Positions 9,759 through 17,522 of a DNA stretch of 64,000 bases are shown in pieces. Numbering within the stretch: the first letter of the stretch is position 1; every line of letters starts with the position of its first letter. Below the pieces are notes generated by a model, which saw only the letters and a list, made by a program, of their open reading frames with translations, made no database searches and was not told the DNA's origin. The position numbers were made by a program, and so were the translations under genes. The DNA is taken from NCBI GenBank assembly GCA_963813155.1, contig CAWEYG010000001.1, forward strand, positions 512,001 to 576,000, written 5' to 3'. Source of the DNA: an uncultured Acidobacteriota bacterium (GTDB lineage Bacteria > Acidobacteriota > Thermoanaerobaculia > UBA5066 > DATFVB01).

Positions 9759-10646
9759 ATGGCGAATCTTCGAACCGGGAAACGCGTCGCGCTCGTGACC
9801 TGCCGGGACGAAGCGGAGCTCCCTGCCGACGACCGTCTCCTGCCGCCCGAGCTCGCCGGGCGCGGCATCGCGGCGTCCGCACAGCTGTGGGACGACCCGA
9901 ACGTGAGGTGGGAGTCCTTCGACGCGATCGTGCTGCGCTCCACCTGGGATTACCACGTCCGCTACGAGGAATTCCGGCGGTGGATCGAGGCCCGCGCGAG
10001 CGAAGGCGCTCCGCTCTGGAATCCCGCGCCGCTGGTCGAGTGGAACTCGCACAAGTTCTACCTGCGGGACCTCGAGCGCCGGGGCGTCCCGATCGTGCCG
10101 ACCCGCTTTCTCCCGGCCGGCACGGGCGGCGACCTGGGCGAGATCCTCGCCCGCGAGGGATGGCAACGCGCGGTCGTCAAGCCGGCCGTCTCGGCAACGG
10201 CGTTCCGAACGCACCGGGTGGACCGGCGGTCGGCGCCGAACGACGCGCCGGCCCGGGAGCTCCTCGCGGAATCCGACGCGCTCGTCCAGGAATACCTGCC
10301 GGAGATCGAGTCGGACGGCGAGTGGTCGTTCGTCTATCTCGGCGGAGAGTTCAGCCACGCGGTCCGAAAGCGCCCGACGCCCGGCGACTTTCGCGTCCAG
10401 GAGCAGTTCGGAGGGACCGCCGAAACGGGCAGGCCGGACGCCGAGCTCGTGCGCCGGGCGCAAGCCGCCGTCGCCGCGATCGATCTGCCCTGGCTCTACG
10501 CGAGGGTCGACGCCGTCGAGACCTCTCGCGGACTCCTGTTGATGGAGCTCGAGCTCGTCGAGCCGACGCTCTATCTCGCGTCGGACCGCGACGCCGTCCG
10601 GCGTTTCGCGGACGCGATCGAGAAAATCCTCCCGCTCACCGCGTGA
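9759..10646 (+). CDS. RimK/glutathione synthetase-like ATP-grasp protein
   Basis: LRSTWDY, WNSHKFYLRDL, VVKPAVSATA, DFRVQEQFGG, LMELELVEPTLYL. Confidence 0.92.
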   Translation: MANLRTGKRVALVTCRDEAELPADDRLLPPELAGRGIAASAQLWDDPNVRWESFDAIVLRSTWDYHVRYEEFRRWIEARASEGAPLWNPAPLVEWNSHKFYLRDLERRGVPIVPTRFLPAGTGGDLGEILAREGWQRAVVKPAVSATAFRTHRVDRRSAPNDAPARELLAESDALVQEYLPEIESDGEWSFVYLGGEFSHAVRKRPTPGDFRVQEQFGGTAETGRPDAELVRRAQAAVAAIDLPWLYARVDAVETSRGLLLMELELVEPTLYLASDRDAVRRFADAIEKILPLTA

Positions 10647-11584
10647 TCTTTTCCTTCGGTTTTACGGCGGACGGGCGCCAAAGCGATTTCGTCGCCCGGA
10701 TCAGCCGCGCCGGGTGCGCGAGCCACCGGATCAGCATCCCCAGGTTCTTCGGGAACGGCCGCACGAACGTCTCCGACAGCACCTCGACCGCGTAGCGGCG
10801 GCGGGACCGGCGGTGCCACGCGAGGGCCGCCGGGTCGTTGTCCTCGCGCGGCTCGGGCTCGAGGTCGAAGTTGCCGAACGTATCCTCGCCGCGCACGAGC
10901 GTCGCCGAGTTCCGCATCCCCCGCTGGCGCACGCGGGTCGCGATGTAGCGGACCGCGAGGCCGACGCGCGGACCGTCCGACGCGTTGCCCTCGGACCCGT
11001 GCAGCATGCGCACGTGGTGGAGCGACATCTCGCCGGGCCGAAGCTCCAGGCGGCGCGCGTCGCCTTCCGGGACGTCCACGAGCGCCTTCTGGCCGCGAAC
11101 GAGCAGGTTGTTTTCCGTGAACTGAAGGGCGTGCGGCACGGCGGGCCGCCCGTGGGAGCCCGGAACGACCTGCAGACAGCCGTTTGCCGCGGTGCTCTCC
11201 GTCAACGCGATCCAGGCGGTGACCTCCTCTTCCGTGCTCAGCCCCCAGTAGGCGGAGTCCTGGTGCCAGGCGATGTAGTGGGGGTCGCGCGCGAGCTTGA
11301 CGAAGAAGACCGAGCGCCAGACGAGAAGGTTCGGGCCGAGGATCGACTCGACCGCGTCGAGCACGCCGGGGATGGCGGACGAGATCGCTCACCCACTTCG
11401 AGTGGAGATGGGGCTTGTGCCTCGTCCCCGGATCCGCCAGCGACGCGGTCTTTTGCATCAGGTCGTCGAGATTCGCGCGGGCGGCTTCGGCCTCGTCCGG
11501 GGAGAGCACTGGAACGGGCGAAAGATACCCTTCCGCGCGATATCGCTCGAGCTGGTCGGCGGAGAGCGACCCGGCCGGCCTCAA
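10636..11584 (-). CDS. phytanoyl-CoA dioxygenase (PhyH) family Fe(II)/2OG dioxygenase, frameshifted near 11365
   Basis: LSADQLERYRAEGYL..., WHQDSAYW, NGCLQVVPGSH, HGSEGN; TTG start overlapping the upstream stop. Confidence 0.9.
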
Positions 11585-12000
11585 GGTTCCGGCGAAAGAG
11601 CGATCGAGGATTGCCCGAAGGCGTATTTCCACCCGTCCTTCGTGCGTACGTACGTGTCGGAGAACCAGAGCTTGCGGTCGAACGGCTCCTGCCCGTGCTT
11701 GCCCTTCAGCCAGAGCTTCGCGGTGACGACGGCCGTGTCGCCCCAGACCCGGACTTTCTGCGAATTCTCGATCTCCACCTGATGCTCGTAGACGGCGTCC
11801 TTGTCGCGAGCGGATTTGAGGAGATCGGCTTTCGTGTAGACGGTTCCCTTTCCGACGACGAGGACCATGTCGTCCGCGAGGATCCGGGCCATCGTGTCCG
11901 CGTCGTTCCGTTCGACGGCCGCCTGGTATTCCGTGTCGAGCGCCGCGACCGCTTTCGCGTCGTCGGCGGCAGTAGCGCCCGTTTTTCCGATTCGTTCCAC
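11581..12000 (-). CDS. NTF2-like (DUF4440) protein
   Basis: ILADDMVLV...KVRVWGDTAVVT...FSDTYVRTKDGWK; GAGGAG RBS. Confidence 0.9.
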   Translation of the reverse strand: MERIGKTGATAADDAKAVAALDTEYQAAVERNDADTMARILADDMVLVVGKGTVYTKADLLKSARDKDAVYEHQVEIENSQKVRVWGDTAVVTAKLWLKGKHGQEPFDRKLWFSDTYVRTKDGWKYAFGQSSIALSPEP

Positions 12001-12028
12001 GGCTCCTCCTCGAAAGGCAGCCGGGATT

Positions 12029-12502
12029 TTATCCGGTTTTCCGCGCGGGTGAGCTCTTCGACCGCTTCTCCGCTTCCTCGAGCCAACCCCGTTTCAGGCG
12101 CTCCGCCGGAACGCTCGACAGGTACGGCTTGATGTCGAGGATCGGCGTGCCGTCGAGCATGTCGACGCCTCGGACGAACAGCCGGTTGCCCTCCCGCCGG
12201 ACGAGCTCGACGACCGTCAGGCCGATCGGATTCGGCCGGTACGGCGAGCGGGTCGCGAATACCCCGTGCGGGCGGTCGTCGGAGGGAGGCGTGCCGAGGA
12301 GCTCCCTCGTTTCCGCCGACCGGTCGAACACCCAGACGACGAAGAGGTGAGAAAACCCTTCGATGTCGGTCAGTCCGGCGGCGAGCGCGAGATCGATTTC
12401 CAGAACTCCCTCCGCGTCGTGCTTCGCGCCGAGCCCCCGGGGGACCTCCGCCGAGTCGCGATAGCCGCTCCGGACCGTCCCGATCGACCGCAGCGAGAAC
12501 AT
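12029..12502 (-). CDS. tsaA: tRNA (N6-threonylcarbamoyladenosine37) methyltransferase TrmO/TsaA
   Basis: GLTDIEGFSHL, HGVFATRSPYRPNPIGLTVV, VDMLDGTPILDIKPY. Confidence 0.93.
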   Translation of the reverse strand: MFSLRSIGTVRSGYRDSAEVPRGLGAKHDAEGVLEIDLALAAGLTDIEGFSHLFVVWVFDRSAETRELLGTPPSDDRPHGVFATRSPYRPNPIGLTVVELVRREGNRLFVRGVDMLDGTPILDIKPYLSSVPAERLKRGWLEEAEKRSKSSPARKTG

Positions 12503-12507
12503 GAGAC

Positions 12508-12954
12508 CTACCCCCCGAACTGGCGGAAGTGGTGATCCGCGTGCCGCCACGCGAGCCGCCCCCACGCCCGGCGGGAAAGCCGCCAGAACGCCGGATGGAG
12601 CGGGAGCGGCGCGTCGGCGGGCCGATTCACGAACGCTTCCATGGTCCCGGGGAAAGCCGCGACCTCTTCGTCCCAGAGAGCCCGATCTCCGCGCGCGAGA
12701 AGCTCGGGGACCGTCGGAACGCCCTTCGGCCAGGGAGCGAAGTACACGAAGGCCTGTTTGACGACGGGAAAGCGCGCGGGAGTGCGCTTCAGGGAGGTCT
12801 TCAGGGTCCCGGCGGACATCCTCATGGCGTCGTTCAGATGCGCGAGCATTTTCGGGGCGGTGAACCTGCCCCAGCGGGCCGGCGAGTCCGGCGTGAGGCG
12901 CTCGAGTCGGGCGAGGAGCGATTCGCGGTCGCGCGCGTTCCAGAGAGTCTTCAT
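12508..12954 (-). CDS. DUF1569 / DinB-like protein
   Basis: RLERLTPDSPARWGRF...MLAHL...HPAF...WGRLAWRHADHHFRQFG. Confidence 0.88.
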   Translation of the reverse strand: MKTLWNARDRESLLARLERLTPDSPARWGRFTAPKMLAHLNDAMRMSAGTLKTSLKRTPARFPVVKQAFVYFAPWPKGVPTVPELLARGDRALWDEEVAAFPGTMEAFVNRPADAPLPLHPAFWRLSRRAWGRLAWRHADHHFRQFGG

Positions 12955-13022
12955 AAACGCGATTCTATCGCTCGGATGGGCAGGAGCGAGCCGCGATAGA
13001 CTTCCCGCAGGAGAATCCCACA

Positions 13023-14892
13023 ATGAAGCTCAGACTCGCGCTCGGCGTCTGTGTGTTCGCCTTTCTGGGAGCGCATGTTTCCGCGCGCACGCTCCACTGG
13101 CGATCCCTCGAGGTCCAGGCGACGCTCGACGGCGACGGCGTCCTGCACGTCCTCGAGCGGCAGAACATCGTCTTCGACGGCGACTGGAACGGCGGCGAGC
13201 GCCGTTTCCGCCTGGAGCCGGGACAGCAGCTGACGCTCGCGAGTGTGACGCGGATCGACCCCGAAACCGGCGCGAAAACGCCGCTCGCCGACGGCAACCT
13301 GTCGCAGGTCGACGCCTACAGCTTCGTCGACTCGAAGACGCTTCGCTGGCGCAGCCGCCTCGCCTCCGACCCGCCGTTCTCCAACCGCGAAATCGACTAC
13401 GTGCTCGACTACACGCTCTCCGGCATCCTCGAAAAACGCGGCGGAGGCTACCGGCTCGACCACAACTTCGTTTTCCCGGAGCGAGACGGCCCGATCGAGC
13501 ACTTCACGCTCGATCTCGCGCTGGACCCGTCCTGGAAAGCCACCCCAGCGCTCCCGGGGCACTGGGAAGCCGGGCCGCTGCCGCCGGGCCGGGGATTCGT
13601 CGTCTCCGCTTCCCTGCAATCCTCGCGGTCCGTCGCGCCCTCCGCGATTCGCACCGTTCCCCTTCTGGCGGATCGGCGGCTGGCCATGCTGCTGATCGGG
13701 TTTGCGCTGCTCGTTTTCGGCGTCCACTACTGGCTCCACGACCGGGCCCGCGGACGCTTCGCCCCGCTTCTGCCCGTCTCGCAAGTCGACCACGCCTGGC
13801 TGAAAGCAAACGTTTTCGACATTTTGCCGGAGGAGGTCGGCACCGCGATCGACGACGACGTCGGCTCGCCGGAAGTGGCGGCCATTCTCGCGCGCCTCGT
13901 CGCGGAAAAAAAGCTGCAGAGCGAGACGACGTCCGGGGCCGGAGGCAAGACGACTCTCCGTCTCACGCGACTGGCGGACGGCCGCAACCTCTCGGGCTAC
14001 GAGAAAGCTCTCGTGGACGGCCTCTTCTTCGGAGAAGAGACCGTGACGCCCGACGACGTGCGGTCCCACTACAAGTCGTCCGGTTTCAACCCCGCGAAGC
14101 TGATCGAGCAGGATCTGAGAGCGAGGCTCGCCGCGAAAGGCGCGTTCTCCGACACGATCAGTCCCCCTTCGCGGTGGCGGAGCCTGTTGTTCCTCTTCGC
14201 CGCCGTTGGGTTCGGCGCCCAGACGATTCGCCACCACGTTCCGACCGACGCGCCCGCGCTCTTCGCGTTTCTGTTCTCGTCCGCTTTCTGCGCCCTCATC
14301 GGCCTCCTGCTCGCGAAGCGATCAGCCGAATCCTTCCGTCCCTTCGGTCCCGCCCTGCTCGTCGGCGTCGTGATTCTCTCTGATCCCCTGGACCATCGCG
14401 GGAGAACTTCTGACGATCGACTACTCCCCGACCCTGTTCGCCGCGTTCACGTTCCTCACGCTGATGTACGTGAGCTCGGCATTCCACCAGGCGATGTCGC
14501 GCGACGGGGCCGCGCGAATGGAGCGCCGGCGGCGCCTCGCAACGGCGCGCTCGTATTTCCGGGCCCAGCTCCAGTCCGCGCACCCGGACCTCGAAGACTC
14601 CTGGTTTCCCTATCTCCTCGCGCTCGGCCTCGGTTCGGGCGTCGACCGCTGGTCGAAGAGCTTCGGGGGGGCCGCGACGCGCGCAGTCGCCGGCTCGACG
14701 TCGTTCGGCTCGTCGTCTTCGTCCGGCTCGGGTGGCGGGTGGACGGGAGGAGGAGGAAGCTTCGGCGGCGCGGGAGCGTCGGCGGGTTGGGCGGCCGCAG
14801 TCGGCGGCTTCTCCGCGGGCGTCGCCGCGCCGTCGTCTTCGTCGGGCGGAGGCGGGGGCTCCTCCGGAGGGGGCGGCGGAGGCGGGTGGTGA
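13023..14892 (+). CDS. DUF2207-type membrane protein with Gly-rich C-terminus, frameshifted near 14385
   Basis: Signal peptide, DGVLHVLERQNIVFDGDWNGGERRF; C-terminal FPYLLALGL...GGGGSSGGGGGGGW in a second frame. Confidence 0.88.
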
Positions 14893-14932
14893 GCCGGGCG
14901 CGGGAAAGGAAAACCGTGACCGCGGCGGGGCG

Positions 14933-15055
14933 TCAAGGAACGGGGCAGATTCCGTGCGCCATCTGGGTCAGGAAGGCGGCGACGATCGCCGCAATCACGA
15001 GCCCGAACGCGATCGTCCTGCCGAGCCGGCGCGCGCCGCCCGCGGGAGCGCTCAC
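14933..15055 (-). CDS. small single-TM peptide ending GICPVP
   Basis: GTG start overlaps the DoxX stop (GTGA); MSAPAGGARRLGRTIAFGLVIAAIVAAFLTQMAHGICPVP. Confidence 0.55.
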   Translation of the reverse strand: MSAPAGGARRLGRTIAFGLVIAAIVAAFLTQMAHGICPVP

Positions 15056-15519
15056 CGGCTCCCCCGGCGCCGGGCGTCGAGCCCCCAGAGCTTGCCCGCG
15101 TCGGCCGACGCGAAGACGAGGAACAGCAGCGCGTAGGCGGCCTGCGTCAGCCACGCCGTGACGTACTGGTACCAGTGCGGATCGCCGCCGGGCCAGGAAC
15201 TGCCGAATCCGATCGCGAGCATCATCGCGATCCCGCCGGCGCAGGACCAGCGCACGAGGAACCCGAAGAGCAGCGAAGCCGAGATCGCGAGCTCGCCAAG
15301 CGCGATCGCCCAGGCGAACGGAGCCGGATGAACGACGACAACGCGCTCCAGGAAGGGACGCCAGAACGGGTAGCCCTTCGCTGCCATCTCGGCCGCGGAT
15401 TTCGCAAAACCCCCATGGACGAAGGACCCGACGACCTTCCCGTATCCTTCGCAGAAAAGAATCGCCCCGGTGACGATGCGCGCAAACGCGATGGAGCGCG
15501 GAGGAGACGCGGCGATCAT
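15052..15519 (-). CDS. DoxX / TQO small-subunit DoxD-like membrane protein
   Basis: ARIVTGAILFCEGYGK, ALGELAISASLLFG, AGKLWGLD. Confidence 0.88.
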   Translation of the reverse strand: MIAASPPRSIAFARIVTGAILFCEGYGKVVGSFVHGGFAKSAAEMAAKGYPFWRPFLERVVVVHPAPFAWAIALGELAISASLLFGFLVRWSCAGGIAMMLAIGFGSSWPGGDPHWYQYVTAWLTQAAYALLFLVFASADAGKLWGLDARRRGSR

Positions 15520-15572
15520 CCGCGTATTGTAGCCCGGCGTCTGTTAGAGTTCGGGCCGGAGGAACTGCCCAC

Positions 15573-17126
15573 CTGAACTCGCGCGCCGCGACGGCGATTC
15601 TTCTTGCCGCATTCGCCCATCCCCGCTCCGGTTCGGCCGCCACACCGGAAACGTGCGCGGGACGGGCCAACGACACGGTCGCCCGGATCACGGAGTGCAT
15701 CGCGGGTCCGGCGCTGCAGCAGCACCTCGCGGATTTCCAGAGCATTTCGGATTCGCACGGCGGGAATCGAGACTCCGGCGACCCCGGGGGCGGCTACGAG
15801 GCCTCCGCGCAATACGTCGCCGACCGGATGACGGCCGCCGGCTACCGCGTGACGGTCCAGGCCTTTCCGTTCGCCTACTACAAGATCGTTCGGACGCCGG
15901 CTCTCGAGGAGATCTCCCCGTCGGCGCGGTCGTTCTCCCCCGCAACCGATTTCGGCCTTCTCGACTTCTCGGGCAGCGGCGACCTGACCGCGAAAGTTCA
16001 ACCCGCCGGGGGAATCGTCCTTCCGCCCGCTCCCGTCTCCACCTCCGCGAGCGGCTGCGCCGCATCCGACTTCTCGCGGTTCGTCCCGGGGAACATCGCG
16101 CTGATCCAGCGGGGAGCATGCTCCCTCTCGATCAAGGCCGCGAACGCCCAGGCCGCGGGGGCCTCCGCCGCGATCATCTTCAACGAGGGAAATCCCGGCC
16201 GCACCGACAACTTCGGGGCGACACTCGGCTCTCCCGTCTCGATCCCCGTTCTCTCGGCGTCGTTCGCGCTGGGCCTGCGGCTCGCGAATCTCTCTTTCCT
16301 TCCGATCTGCACGCCCGTTCCCGGCTTGCCGAGCGGGGAGTTGTGCCGGAAGAGAGGCGTCAGAGCCCTCGGCAGCCCTGCGGTCGTGCACCTGGACGCC
16401 GCGACGATCAACGAGACCCGGTCCAGCGAAAACGTCTTCGCCGAGACGCCGGCGGGAGACGAAAATCGCGTGTTGATGATCGGCGCCCACCTGGACAGCC
16501 TGTACGGCGCGGGCATTCTCGACAACGCGTCCGGCTCGGCCTCGATCCTCGAGGTGGCGCTGCAGATGAAGAACGTGGCGCCCGCAAACCTCGTCCGGTT
16601 CGCGTGGTGGGGAGCGGAGGAAGAAGGGATTGCCGGGTCGGACTACTATCTCGGCCACCTCGACGCGGCGGAACGGAGCCGGATTTTCTTCTACCTCGAC
16701 GCAGATGTCATCGCGACGCCGAACTTCTACATCAACGTCCTGGACGTGGCGCAGTCGCCGCTGGCCGCGACGTGGGCGCCGGACGCGGTCAGCGGCTCCG
16801 CCCGGGCCACCCAATTGTTCGGCTCCTACTTCGACAGCGTGGGATCGACCTTCATCACGATCGACAAAGACGACCTGCCGCGCAGCGACACCCTTCCCTT
16901 CCTGAACGCGGGACTTCCCGTCGGCGGCGTCTTCACCGGCCAGGGAGACTTCAAGTCGCAGGCGGAAGTGGACCTCTTCGGCGGATTCGTCGGCCTCACC
17001 GAGTCGTGCGCGGACGAGCCGACGGGCTGCGACGACCTGGGAAACGTGAACCCTATTGCCCTCGAGCTCGTGTCGAAAGCCTACGCCGCCGTCGCGATCC
17101 AGATGGCGTTCGACGCCGGTCCCTGA
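15573..17126 (+). CDS. M28 family aminopeptidase with PA domain (aminopeptidase Y-like)
   Basis: Frame open from CTG at 15573 (signal-like peptide, GGNRDSG); IALIQRGAC, GAHLDS, GILDNASGS, WWGAEEEG. Confidence 0.9.
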   Translation: MNSRAATAILLAAFAHPRSGSAATPETCAGRANDTVARITECIAGPALQQHLADFQSISDSHGGNRDSGDPGGGYEASAQYVADRMTAAGYRVTVQAFPFAYYKIVRTPALEEISPSARSFSPATDFGLLDFSGSGDLTAKVQPAGGIVLPPAPVSTSASGCAASDFSRFVPGNIALIQRGACSLSIKAANAQAAGASAAIIFNEGNPGRTDNFGATLGSPVSIPVLSASFALGLRLANLSFLPICTPVPGLPSGELCRKRGVRALGSPAVVHLDAATINETRSSENVFAETPAGDENRVLMIGAHLDSLYGAGILDNASGSASILEVALQMKNVAPANLVRFAWWGAEEEGIAGSDYYLGHLDAAERSRIFFYLDADVIATPNFYINVLDVAQSPLAATWAPDAVSGSARATQLFGSYFDSVGSTFITIDKDDLPRSDTLPFLNAGLPVGGVFTGQGDFKSQAEVDLFGGFVGLTESCADEPTGCDDLGNVNPIALELVSKAYAAVAIQMAFDAGP

Positions 17127-17150
17127 AGCGGAAACCGGACCAGGGTTCCG

Positions 17151-17357
17151 TCAGACTTTCGGGCCGGCCAGAACGTTCCGGATCTTCCCCGCGAAACTCT
17201 CGAGCAGCTGGGCGGCCTCGTGACCGACGAGAAGAAGCGCCTGCCCCGTTTTCAGGAGCACGTGCGTGCCGATCTCGTCGATCGAGACGTCCGCGATGTC
17301 CTTTTCCTCGAACTCCAGCAGCCCGTCCGACGCCAGGACCACGATCGAGTTACTCAT
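17151..17357 (-). CDS. small hypothetical protein (68 aa)
   Basis: ATG with GAGGGG RBS; globular composition. Confidence 0.6.
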   Translation of the reverse strand: MSNSIVVLASDGLLEFEEKDIADVSIDEIGTHVLLKTGQALLLVGHEAAQLLESFAGKIRNVLAGPKV

Positions 17358-17362
17358 GTTTA

Positions 17363-17408
17363 CCCCTCACCCTCGCTGCGCTCGCCCTCTCCCACAGGGG
17401 GAGAGGGG
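17363..17408. repeat. boxC-like palindromic repeat (short copy)
   Basis: CCCCTCACCC...CCCTCTCCC-ACAGG-GGGAGAGGGG; same family as 32938 and 36074. Confidence 0.8.
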
Positions 17409-17441
17409 AAAAACCCGCGGGCGCCGTTTCCGGCGCCCGCG
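17409..17441 (-). terminator. rho-independent terminator of nrdJ
   Basis: CGCGGGCGCCG-GAAA-CGGCGCCCGCG followed by GGTTTTT on the minus strand. Confidence 0.8.
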
Positions 17442-17522
17442 CTTCGAAGGAGACCCCTGACGGGGAAGGAGGAAGCACCCTCCCGGAAAACCGGGAGGGA
17501 GATCGGAACGTTTGCCGCATCC

